A stretch of 52,793 nt of DNA, filler included, from Squatina squatina (lineage: Eukaryota): the NCBI GenBank assembly GCA_031763465.1. It is 3 parts of 3 records of this genome, joined end to end, with 100 filler letters (N's around TTAATTAATTAA, not from the genome) between each part and the next. Parts side by side here need not be neighbours in the genome. Positions count along the whole stretch, not along the records: positions 1 to 13,194 come from JARFOE010000007.1; positions 13,295 to 37,778 come from JARFOE010000046.1; 1 more part is not named here. One strand, 5' to 3'. Every line of letters starts with the position of its first letter. Positions within the stretch are counted from its first letter, which is position 1. The notes under the pieces were generated by a model, which did no database searches, was not told the origin of the DNA, and was given only the letters and a program-made list of their open reading frames with translations. Positions 11,943-23,028 of the stretch are shown piece after piece. Made by a program: the position numbers and the translations under genes.

Positions 11943-12230
11943 TTATCTGTGTGGGTCAGAAGCACCCACATTTTGTTTTGCCTCTTCCTGGAGGTTACCC
12001 AGCTCTGGGTGGGCAGAGAGTGTCTGTAACATGATTCACTGGCCTCACGAGTCTGTGAGACAGGCTAGATAGACCAGCTGGTCTTTTCCTCTCTGACGTT
12101 TTTCATATGTTTGTATGCCCGTATTTTCTCNNNNNNNNNNNNNNNNNNNNNNNNNNNNNNNNNNNNNNNNNNNNNNNNNNNNNNNNNNNNNNNNNNNNNN
12201 NNNNNNNNNNNNNNNNNNNNNNNNNNNNNN

Positions 12231-12642
12231 AGCAGGTCAGACAACATCTGTGGAGAGAGAAACAGAATGTTTCAGGTCGATGACCTTTCCTCAGAACTGC
12301 AAGAAGTTAGAGATATAACAGGTTTTAAGCAAGTACAGAAGCAGGGAAAAAAGGGGTGACAGGAGAAAAGAACAAAATGGAAGGTCTGTGATAGTGTGGG
12401 AGACAGGAGAGGTTAAATGACAGAAGGGATAATGGTGCAAGGTGAAAGGAGATGGTAATGGGACAAATAAAGAAAAAAAGGATGGTGGAGGTGTAAATGG
12501 GAATATCAGAATCTTCATCAACAGCTGCTGCCCAAAGGGGCAGAGGTTATCATCTGAAATTGTTGAACTCAATGTTGAGTCCGGAATGCTGTAAAGTGCC
12601 GAATAGAAAGATGAGATGCTGTTCCTCAAGCTTACGTTGAGC
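12231..12642 (-). mobile_element. Penelope-like retroelement 3' end (GIY-YIG endonuclease C-terminus plus pseudo-LTR)
   Basis: Minus strand 12642-12550 encodes AQRKLEEQHLIFLFGTLQHSGLNIEFNNFR*, the R..E..I..L.TL.P.GLN pattern of Penelope endonuclease ends. A degenerate hammerhead lies at 12262-12298. Confidence 0.85.
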
Positions 12643-13194
12643 ATGTTAATGAGTGTTCAGTTGTAAAAGGCCAAGACAAATATCCAAATAATAAAGAAAT
12701 ATGTTTAAAAATAAATTTGTTCTAGTCTATTAAATGTATCCAAATATTGAAATTCACTATCAATTGTCTATTTTGATTTCTTTGCACTTTACTGTTCGTT
12801 TCTATCTTAACAATTTGCCATAGAAAGAACTTAACCATTCAGTGCAACAAATGCCATCAATTATCTAGTTTGGAGAGGTAACAGTGTGTTATAATTGGGT
12901 GCATTTTGAACAGATTTGTAACATTTTGACACAGGTATTTCCAAACCCTTTACATTAATTGGAAATCTGGTAGAAGTCAAATTCTGGAAGTTGCTGTTTC
13001 ACTAATGAAATGTTACAGAAACATTTGTAGATTGGGATTAAACAGTCAAAATAACAAGCCTGAAATGTCAGGAGTAGTGATAATGATGCACTAAAACTAC
13101 AGCAGAGATGGCTGGTTAAGGTTCAGTCCTTGTCCTTGGCAGTTAAATACAGCTGAGTCTGCTGTATTCACAGGAGCAAGGTTCCACTGAAGTG

Positions 13195-13294
13195 NNNNNN
13201 NNNNNNNNNNNNNNNNNNNNNNNNNNNNNNNNNNNNNNTTAATTAATTAANNNNNNNNNNNNNNNNNNNNNNNNNNNNNNNNNNNNNNNNNNNN
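13195..13294. other. Artificial scaffold-concatenation spacer (44 N + TTAATTAATTAA + 44 N)
   Basis: Palindromic 12-mer at 13239-13250 gives a stop in all six frames. Total length is exactly 100, and an identical copy lies at 37779-37878. Confidence 0.97.
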
Positions 13295-13893
13295 TGACTG
13301 AATGCAGGCACCATTTAGATTCTGAGAAAACACAGACAGTTCTTTAGAGTTTCATAATACCTGCTTCCTCCATTTACTTTGTGATTTCAGTCTGTCTGAC
13401 ACATCCATTGTTTTGGAAAGCCAAACAAAGGGAACATACATCAGGAATTTCTTTAGGGTTCTCCCGATTGTCTGGCATATCGTCGCCAAATGATCAGCAG
13501 AAACTCCATCTATGCAGTGTCCAGTGGCTTCTTGGGATGCAAGTTACAGTGGCTGCTTGGGATAACCCAAGGAAATTCCTGGTGATAATCTTAGAATTCA
13601 AACCAACCAGTTAAAATTGAATACAGGAAAAACTTCACATCAGGCGTCACAAGAATGTGGATTACACTGCCATGAAAAACCATAGGCACAAAGTCAATTG
13701 AAATGTTTAAAAGTGAGATATGTATTAATGGATATGAAGAAAAGTTAGAGAATTGGGATTAACAAGATAAGAGTTGCCATGCCTAACAAAACGATGGAGC
13801 AGGGTCAAGAAATGTTGGCAATTTTCCTGATCATCTAACAGTATTATCAATGTTGCTGTATGTTTCAATGTTCTTATCTTGTGATTGTGGCAG

Positions 13894-14002
13894 GTTTGGA
13901 GGTGGCCCTGCTGTGAACCATTTATACATCTGTTCCATTTGCCAAGTAGAAATTGAGGCAATTGCTAAAAGGAGGAAAATGGAAGTTGACACTTTTATAA
14001 AG
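13894..14002 (+). CDS. USP20: USP20 deubiquitinase internal exon, 109 nt (DUSP region)
   Basis: Boundaries ggcag|G...AAG|gtcaga. [36 protein letters not shown] is closer to recalled USP20 ([20 protein letters not shown]) than USP33 (CHTCQIEAEKIEKRR..IFIR). Confidence 0.9.
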
Positions 14003-15846
14003 GTCAGAGTGTATCATCCTAAAAGGGAGAGATTTTTAACTGAATGTTATGATTGTTAGCTGTAGAATTAACACCTAACTGTTGCAAAATATTGAAGTGG
14101 TTTGAGCTCTTATGGTAAAATTCCTGTGTATGAGATGCCAGTTGCTAGTACTCTTTCCATCGTTGTGCAATTGAGAAGTATTCTGACCATTTTACACTGT
14201 CTCACACCATGTATTGTGCCAAAGCAGCCATTCTGTTCCCAGCCTTCTGTCACTCTTGAACTCGTGCTGGAGTGCAGCCTGNNNNNNNNNNNNNNNNNNN
14301 NNNNNNNNNNNNNNNNNNNNNNNNNNNNNNNNNNNNNNNNNNNNNNNNNNNNNNNNNNNNNNNNNNNNNNNNNNNNNNNNNTCTACCGAAGGCAAGACAT
14401 CCGCCCAATGTTTGGAGCATTAGCCATTCAACTTACTTCTGTGTTGTTCTGAAAAATTCAAAGATCAAGGTAAGGAGTATAATAAGCAATTAAGGGTAGG
14501 GTTCACCACATCCCAAACCATGGATAGAAAAATAAATTTATAAAAATGAAAAAAACCTTTCTATTTCAATATGTCACAACTCCTCAAGAAATGTGTCGCC
14601 GTGTAGATTCATCATTTTTGTTGGCTATGGCTGGTCAAAGCTCTTAAATGAAGAATGCACATGTGATTGAAGTATTGCTGGACTATCAGCACCTAGGAAA
14701 ACTTACGTAAGCAGAAGTCAACACCTTCAACACAGAGAGGGAGAAAATTAAGAGAAAAAAAGTCAAAATTAATTATGGATGGTCTGGATGAAAAGTAAGT
14801 AGCCAGCAGCTCTAGACTGTCATGTTATTCTTGGCTGTTGATGAATGCACAATGAAATGTTCCTACCCCCACCTGCTTCAACAAAATATTTTAAGATTTA
14901 CGTCCAGAGTTTAAGTCAATTTAGGGGCATTTTGGTCTTGCTGTCCTCTACCATCTGCTTCTACCCTTTACTACCTCCAGGGATATGCATTACTATAAAT
15001 ATGCATGTCCTGCATATTCCAAGAATCTCTCTACCAGCATGCCTTTATACCTGACATAGTCTGAAAAATCATTTACAGCAGGGCCTTATGCCAATATAAA
15101 TCATTGGCATTTCCTGGCTTGTGGTGAGTTATTCTGATCCTTAAGTAGAATCTCCTGCCTGACACGCCAATAATGTGATTCTCCTTCATTTCTTGATGCT
15201 GTGCTTTGTATTTTCCAGATGCCTTGCTGGGCCTGTCTGATGGATTACATCCCCGGTGAATCAGTCCCTGATCCAGCTCCTAACAAGTGATTCAAAGCCT
15301 TTATCGTGAGCTCTGTTACCGTCTGGGTATACTGTGATTGACCCCAACCCCCAATCCAACCCCCCTGCTACTGAGGAATTCCATTGTCTTCGTGTCACGG
15401 AAGGCGGCCTTCATCATCATGGGATGTGTGATGTGCTCTCCTCTGATTGAAATGTGGAGCTTCTCCAAGGAGCGGAGGAGGAATACCTGCTTGGAGCTGT
15501 CGCTTTTCCCCAGCTCCTGTCTCTCCCAGTACCAGCGGGTCTCGGGGTTACACTACGTGTCCTCTTTCTCTGACGCGGAGGATTGCTGTGAGGACAGTTC
15601 TGCGTCCGAAGACTCAGATTCTGAGATGACTTAACTGCAAAGATAATAGTTGAGGATTACTGTAAAATAACCAAGCTGATATACTCAACTGGCAGTGGTG
15701 TTGAATAAATCCCCTTGTGTGATTCTACAACACAAATAGTCTTTTTNNNNNNNNNNNNNNNNNNNNNNNNNNNNNNNNNNNNNNNNNNNNNNNNNNNNNN
15801 NNNNNNNNNNNNNNNNNNNNNNNNNNNNNNNNNNNNNNNNNNNNNN

Positions 15847-15930
15847 CGTCTAAAGTACTCCATTGGCTGTAAAGCACTTTGGGACGTCCCGAGGACATGA
15901 CAGGTGCTGGAGAAATGCAAGGCTTTCTTT
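15847..15930 (+). mobile_element. SINE 3' tail fragment
   Basis: aaagtactccattggctgtaaagcactttgggacgtcc matches the SINE tail. Confidence 0.8.
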
Positions 15931-16647
15931 ATCTGACACACTTCCTTCAATTTTCCACAGAAAGGAGAACGAGTTGAACGGACCAAAGGGAAGGGAGCCC
16001 TGGGACTTCTGAAACCAATTGCCGAACTTGTGAAGGAGAGGTGTTGTGTGGACAACTGTGTCTCGGTAACTCGGTCTGCCGTTGGGGAGGAACTTACAAT
16101 GAAAATTCAATTTGTTGACCGAAGTGGAGAGGTATATGTTTGACTGAAAAGCTCCTTGATTGCTTTGCAGATGGCGCACACTCACGGGCGTTTGCTTCAC
16201 CTCTGGAGGGAGTGTGCCTCTAAAGGGCAGGCTGACGCACGCAGGGCCCTGGCTGAGATGTTGACACCTTCAGGTGGGTTGTGCAAATTAGACTGGACAC
16301 CAACTTATTCTATTCAGTTTAGGTCAAATACCCAACATGCGATGGAGAGGTTTGGTTAGGGATGCTTTACCAATATCTTGTATAGAATCATTATCATTTC
16401 TTTTGTATTCAACGCATTTAGAAATAAAATCCAAAACCTGAATGCCCTTTTTATTCCTTTCTGCATCTAATCCTCCTTTTGTGTATTTGTACTCCCAGGT
16501 CTCTCTGTTCCTTCACTTCTTTGAGAACTAGTCATTTAGGGTTTATTNNNNNNNNNNNNNNNNNNNNNNNNNNNNNNNNNNNNNNNNNNNNNNNNNNNNN
16601 NNNNNNNNNNNNNNNNNNNNNNNNNNNNNNNNNNNNNNNNNNNNNNN

Positions 16648-16993
16648 GTTTTTACACACAGCAAGGTCCCACAAGTAGCAATGCCATGACTGATCAGATA
16701 ATCTGTTATAATGGTGCTGGTTGAGGGATAACTATTGGCCAGGTAACCAGGGAGGACTCCCCTGCTCTTCTTCGAAATATTGTTCTGGGATCTCTTGCAT
16801 CCACTTGAGAAAACAGACGGGGCCTCGGTTTAATGCCTCATCCGAAAGACGGCACCTCCGACAGTGCAGCACTCCCTCAGTACTGAACTGGGGTGTCCGC
16901 CCGGATTATGTGCTCAAGTCTCTGGAGTGGGAATTGAACCCACGACCTTCTGACTCAAGAAGCGAGGGTGCCGCCCACTGAGCCACGGTTGAC
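16648..16993 (-). mobile_element. Deu-domain SINE with tRNA-like head
   Basis: Minus-strand head has A box TGGCTCAGTGG and B box GGTTCAATTCC. The body matches 24650-24920. Confidence 0.88.
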
Positions 16994-17004
16994 TGGGCAA
17001 GTTA

Positions 17005-17150
17005 ATGCAGATGCTGGAAACCAAACAAAAACAGAAAATGCTAGAAACACTCAGCATGTGAGGCAACATCTGCAGGGAGAAAGAAGCTCCTTTGACGAAG
17101 GTTCCGCACCCAAAACGTTAACTTGTCTGTTAACTTCACGGATGCTGACG
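17005..17150. mobile_element. Short Penelope-derived element with inverted terminal segments and a degenerate hammerhead
   Basis: 17005-17080 resembles 9945-10005. 17092-17150 resembles 2890-2950 in the opposite orientation (TTGACGA...CAAAACGTTAAC). Confidence 0.6.
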
Positions 17151-19471
17151 ATGCATCTGGTGTTTGGGTTTTAGACATGGCCTGGTTGGGGTGGGGGAGG
17201 GAGGTCTGATAATTCCCTTAGCCTTTGGTTGTTAAGACACATTCTGTGTAATTTCTGTAACACCCTGCTTAATAAATCCTTAATTGCTGTCAATGTTTGC
17301 GTTACATGCACTGCATTAAATTTTCTGCAAATATAGTGTGATCACACCCATCCAGTGAATCTGGCATTTCACCGTCACATCATCACAGTGGGTGACTGTA
17401 ACCCAAGGTCGATCAGTATTCATCTTAACACGTCTACAGCAGAAGTCAATAACTGGAGTTGCTGTGCAGAGCGTCTCTCTGGGAGATCTGAATTTTAATG
17501 CAGCTGAAAATAATTTATTGTACACGTTTGTACATCGCGGATCCTAGGGAGAAAGTGTTTAAAAAAAAACCACTATAATTAAATATCTGCCGTCTGCTGA
17601 TGTTTCTAAACCATTCGAGCTTTTCTCTCGTGGTTTATGGCACTATCAGAATCAGTCAGTTGAATTATAGGTTATAAACCCCTTTCAAGCATCCTTTTTA
17701 GTGCCAGATACCTGGTGACCTGTAGCTTCCTTTGCTGGTCTTCTGCCATTTAACATTAATGTGTGTAACACAAGTAATCAGTCCCTCAGTCAGTTCTGTA
17801 GGGTAACTGTGAGAAAACTTCATACACAGTTTAATCAGGAATTCTTTGTACACTGGTCAGCGATAGGCCCACAGGTCAGACAGTTGTCCAACCATTCGAC
17901 ACACAAGCGAGATGTTGCAGCTCACTCACAATTTTAACAAATGAAGGCCACTGTCAAACTGTAAATGTTTACGCACTCACATCTTGCTAGTAATGTCTGC
18001 TGTGTCAATATTTCATTACTGCTTTGAATTTGTCACAGTTCATGCACAATAATTTGACTATTGGTTTAAATGTTATGCTTGGAACTTAAAAGATAGGCAC
18101 CGAGAAACTACTGTTTGTGCTATTAGCATAAGATCACTCAGCAGGATCATGACATTCCCTTTTTTTAATGTTGAAAACTTCAATTAGATCATGTTAAAGT
18201 CTCCTATTTTCCACTTTGGATCTCCGCTCTGTACTTGCCAGTGGTTCTTCCTGGTGTGTAAGCCACAGGCCTGAACCCTACTCCATATCCAAAGTACACC
18301 AGCCCACAGGACCAAGTCACCTTGCAGAATTATTCCTGTTAACAATGCTGAGATGTTATATGGTCAAACAATACAAGGAATTGAGCATTTCCTTTCCAAT
18401 TCCCATTTTACTATTTTTTGTAGCTCAAAGATACTACTGCTGGGGAAAGAAACAACTTTCCTCTTTTTCTGGTGTCTGGATCAAGTACATCTCGGTCAGG
18501 TATTGCACAGGTCTGAAACTTGAGCTTCAGTAAAACACCCACTGCTGCACCAGTGTGTATTTTTCCATTTCCTGCGTTAACCATTCTTGGGGTCCATCTA
18601 AATGATATCAATTTAGTATCCCATTTGTAATGAATTATAGGAACTGTGGTCTTCACCCTTCAAAGCTGGTGGAGGCTGACAAAAATCAATTCAGCTCCCA
18701 AACCAGCAGGGGCGACTTTTATTAACTCCATTTACGAAACTTTGGAGCAGGAAAGGACCTTCCCTCTGTATGTTGTATTCTCTGGTTTTTATCCTCAAAA
18801 ATGTAAAAATATTAAATCTGATATTTTCTTTAGAATGTTCTTCAACACTTATTTTGTACAATCTACATTCACCAGAACTTAAATAAGACCTTAATGTGTG
18901 TACTGTTCTGTCACCTAATCAGACAAGGGGAGTTCCTGCTGTAAGTAAATAGCTTTGCAGCAATATTCAGCTTTCTGAGATTTATGAGATTGAGCATATA
19001 ACTCACTCCTTCCTCTCTCTCAGAATTCTGAAAGTTTCAGTCAAATTTTTCTGCTAACTTTCCATTTCTCATTGCATTCAATTGTTATGGAACTTAGTGA
19101 TTACAGCCTCCCTGTTTCCCATTTACCGTCCTGTAAAACTCCATCTGTATTAACTTAAGTTTCTGACTGTTTTCTGACAGCTCAGGAATACAAGCACTTC
19201 ACAAATGCCTCTGTACTCCAAACTGGCTTCAACTTCTCGGTTTTAATTAGACTGCTACGAAATTGCTGAAGTATAAACTTGGCACCAAAAGCATAGTTCT
19301 TTTGAAATATAACTCAATTTTTCCACTTCACTCTAACGGCATTAGTTGAGGGTCTTGATAAATTTTCATCAAAAAAAAACATTTAAAATTAAAACCATAA
19401 TTCCCCACCCCCTGTACTATCAACTCCATCTAGTTTTGGACTTTGCAAAAGACACACCCTTTGGTATACTT

Positions 19472-19585
19472 CCTTCTTAGGCAGCCCTTCGGGTCAAGGA
19501 TGACTTGCTTCCACTCCGGAGTTGTGGGTTCTGAGGTGACTGACTTGTCCTATACGAGATCCGCAAACTCTACTGCAGGTGGTGT
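19472..19585 (-). mobile_element. Probable LINE 3' end (RTE-like)
   Basis: cttcttaggcagccc...gatgacttgcttccactc resembles a common elasmobranch LINE terminus. This rests on recall only. Confidence 0.45.
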
Positions 19586-20052
19586 NNNNNNNNNNNNNNN
19601 NNNNNNNNNNNNNNNNNNNNNNNNNNNNNNNNNNNNNNNNNNNNNNNNNNNNNNNNNNNNNNNNNNNNNNNNNNNNNNNNNNNNNAGGACTTGCTGCTAT
19701 GCAGTCAACTGACTGAATGTTTATGAGAACAGTGCACAATGGCAGAACTTTCCATTTTCCTTCCTCCTGTGAGGAAATACCTGCTCATGACTCAAACTTC
19801 ACGTGTGATATAGTTGGTAACAGCAACTTGTGGGAAATGCAGACTTGAATATATGTCTTATCACTTTGGTGCAGCACTTTTGAGCTCCGATCCATGATGG
19901 CACCCCTAGTAAACATGGAAATTTTTTTTGGTAACAATATTTAAACTTCGATGTAAAGATGTATCATCCATATTATACTAACTACAGTTTATATTTTAAT
20001 TTTAATTGGGAAGGATTAATCTGTCTTTAATTCTCTTTGTTATTTCTTCCAG

Positions 20053-20110
20053 AAACCAGCAAACATCCTAGTAATGGGGGAAGGGCCAGAACGAGGACGT
20101 GTAAAAATAG
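20053..20110 (+). CDS. CDK8 or CDK19 Mediator kinase internal exon, 58 nt (after HRD, before DMG)
   Basis: Boundaries tttcttccag|AAA...ATAG|gtaatt. KPANILVMGEGPERGRVKI is the CDK8/CDK19 signature. The peptide is shared, so the paralogue cannot be resolved. Confidence 0.92.
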
Positions 20111-21164
20111 GTAATTATCACTACTTCAAGCATGATGGAGTATATTTTTCTCTGTGCGTAAAGGATGTGGGGTTTTCTTTTGGACTGCAAGGACAAGTCT
20201 ATGAGTTAATTAGAGAACAGGTTAATGAAATATTGGAGCTCCTCAACAAGCACCACTAGAACTGCATGGAAGTTCTTTGCATGGCTTGAAAAGGGATGCT
20301 TAGTCGAGTCAACTTAAACTAAAACATAAACCAAAAAAAATTCATTTTGATGTGACCTGGAGTTTATCAGACTATGTTTCATGTTCCCTCAACTGGGAAT
20401 TAATAGGAGAAAAAGAAGTCTCGCCCTATTCTCAGTTCAGCTCAGTTACCCAGCAGTTACCCAGCCAAAACTCAACCCAACTTTGCTGACATGGAGATCC
20501 GAATACAAAATTGACTAGTATTTTTTTTTAGATCAATGGAAATATAACATCCGTTATACTTGCAATTCCTCTCAGCATGTTATTAAAAATACAGTATCCA
20601 ATGGTACATTATATGAGGTGATTTCTTATGAGTTTTCAATTCCCCCTTAAATAAAAGAGACTAGGCAAATAGACCGACAGGATTCACAGACTATTTTTCC
20701 TTTGATGTTGGGGCAGTTTCTTTAAAGGGTGTTTTTAACAAACAGTATAGAAGAAGGCACCCAACGCAGTACACCGACTTAAGGTCCAGGAGATGTACCT
20801 CTTCTTGGTGTTGTTCACACCCTCCTAGCACTATAACAGAGGAAATTACATATTGAGATAGCTATCACTAAGATGTATTCCTATAAAATTAGTCCCTATT
20901 GATATGGATTGAAGGAGTAAAGAAAATCCATTTGAGACAGACTTTCACATTGAGTAGGTTGACTAGCATAATTGAAATGCACTGAGCCACATGCATTGGC
21001 CATATGCAAGCCAACGTTGACCAACAAACATTTTGTAGACAATTCACTTGTACAAGTAAACTGATCGTAGGCCAACAATTATGCACATTACTGGGAAATT
21101 TTCATTGGCATTCACTAATTAAATCATAGTATGAGTTGCTTTCTTTTGTGTGTGGACCTAAAAA

Positions 21165-22008
21165 GGATAGAACAGGGTACTTTCTAAATGGTAAAAAGCT
21201 CAAAGAGACTTGGTGGTTCAGGTACATAGATCATTAAAATGCCATGGATAGGTACAGAAAATAATCAAAAAGACTAATGGAATGCTGACCTTTATATCTA
21301 GAGGACTAGAGCACAAGGGGGTATATGTTATGCTGCAGCATAGATGTTATGCAAACATAAATGTTATGCAAAAACCTGGTTAGACCACGCCTGGAGTTCT
21401 ATGAGCAGTTCATACCGTGGGAAGAATATATTGGCCTTGGAGGGAGTGCAGTATAGGTTTACCAGAATGATACCCGGACTTTATAGGTTAAGTTACGAGG
21501 AAAGATTACACAAATTAAGGTTGTATTCCCTAGAACTTAGAAGGTTAAGGGGTGATTTGATCAAAGTTTTCAGGATATTAAGCAGAACAGATAGGGTAGA
21601 TAGAGAGAAACTATTTCCGCTGGTTGGGGATTCTAGGACTAGGGGACATAGTCTAAAAATTAGAGCCAGATCTTTCAGGAGTGAAATTAGGAAACACTTC
21701 TACACACAAAGGGTGGTAGAAGTTTAGAACACTCTTGGTGCTAGATCAATTGTNNNNNNNNNNCCCCCCCCACGGGGGGGGGGGGGGGCGGGGTGGGAGG
21801 GTAGTAGTTTGGAATTCTCTTCCGCAAACAGCAACTGATGCTGGATCAACTGTTAATTTTAAATCAGAGATTGATAGCTTTCTGTTAACCAAGGGTATTG
21901 AGGGATATGGGCCAAAGCGGGTGTATATGGAGTTAAATCACAGATCAGCCATGATCTCACTGAATGGCGGAACAGGCTCAAGGGGCTGAATGGCCTCTCT
22001 ATGTTCTG
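21165..22008 (+). mobile_element. CR1 LINE 3' portion (RT C-terminal region plus 3' UTR), interrupted by a 10-N gap
   Basis: LEGVQYRFTRMIPGL..LSYEERL..L.LYSLE.RRLRGDLI.VF...RTRGHSLK...F.TQRVV is the typical CR1 ORF2 end, followed by a gggctgaatggcct tail. Confidence 0.93.
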
Positions 22009-22253
22009 GAAAGGCCAATAAGACAGGAGCAATGATGCAATGTTGCCACTGCCACTGCAGATTTACGTTTACTAATGAGGATTGCAACATGCAACTCTGA
22101 TGGTGTACGTGATCCAACACTGAACGATATATTTAGCAATGATTCTCTAGGCCATTAAGTCAGCCTGTGCATGCATCAGCCATCAACAGGAAGCAAGTCA
22201 ATTTGAAAAAGAAACAAAAAGACTTGCGCGCTTGATTTCAAAATCAACATTAC

Positions 22254-22389
22254 CTTATCCTTCTGTTCTCTCGAGATGTCCAAATGCCTTTGACAGCAAG
22301 CAATTGCTTCTTCAAAGCTGCCAAGTACCTTCAATGTATTTCCAAGGTTGCCACTGGCTTTTGCTTCACCAATCCGATCCCCAATGGTC
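22254..22389 (-). CDS. GPSM1: GPSM1 (AGS3) exon 3, 136 nt, TPR repeats
   Basis: Boundaries ccaaag|G...AAG|gtaatg. Translates TIGDRIGEAKASGNLGNTLKVLGSFEEAIACCQRHLDISREQKDK, phase-compatible with the exon at 24341-24562. Not in the ORF track. Confidence 0.9.
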
Positions 22390-22679
22390 CTTTGGAAAGA
22401 GAGAGATCAATTCCTGATTGTTTTGTTATTGGAATTTGTTATTGGAACTTAAACATCGGTATTGAAATTTTTTTCCAATTAAGACTCCATTTATTGGAAC
22501 ACAGTGTAAAGATCTACCACCCAGAGGTCCAGTGGATCAGTGTACTGAGATAAGGTGCTATGAAATGGCAGCACAAAGTGTCCCACGAATCTATGGTGAA
22601 ATGTATAAATTACAGACCTGTAAACTTGTAAATTATGGATAACTTAAGCCTTTTTTTTTGCAAAAGTGGTTATTGTATG

Positions 22680-22775
22680 CATCACAGAATGGTTACAGCA
22701 CAGTAGGTGGCCATTTGGCCCGTCAAGCCCGTGCCAGCTCTCTGCAAGAGCACTTCAGCTAGTCCCAGTCCCCCG
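22680..22775 (-). mobile_element. CR1 LINE 3' tail fragment
   Basis: cacagaatggttacagcacag...ggccatttggccc is the reverse complement of a CR1 tail. Confidence 0.75.
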
Positions 22776-22854
22776 TGTAAAAATTATCAGTAAAATGGGA
22801 GGTTCTTTACCCAGCATCCATAGCGGGAGAGAAATCACTCTAGCCCTGCGATAA

Positions 22855-23028
22855 AATCACAGAATAGCACAGCGCAGAAGGCCATTCGGCCCAGCGAGTC
22901 TGCGCCGGCTCTTTCAAAGAGCAATCCAGTTAGTCCCATTCCCCCGCTCTTCCCCCATATCCCTGAAATTTTTTTTCCTCCTTCAAGTATTTATCCAATT
23001 CTCTTTTGAAGGTGACTATTGAATCTGT
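22855..23028 (-). mobile_element. CR1 LINE 3' tail fragment
   Basis: Reverse complement of the tails at 25350-25512 and 32200-32373. Confidence 0.8.

Noticed and set aside
13239-13250. TTAATTAATTAA as a homeodomain site or piggyBac footprint
   Set aside because: It is centred in exactly 44+44 N and occurs twice identically, so it is a synthetic linker.
16915-16993. tRNA gene
   Set aside because: The A and B boxes belong to a SINE head continuous with the SINE body, and no clear cloverleaf is evident.
18216-18882. Cluster of 78-105 aa ORFs
   Set aside because: No recognisable homology or consistent splice structure in the frames I translated.
21344-21727. 127-aa ORF as a host gene
   Set aside because: It is the CR1 ORF2 C-terminus within a degenerate copy.
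21764-21802. G-quadruplex-like G/C run
   Set aside because: It sits at a contig edge inside a CR1 junction and is most likely low-quality sequence.
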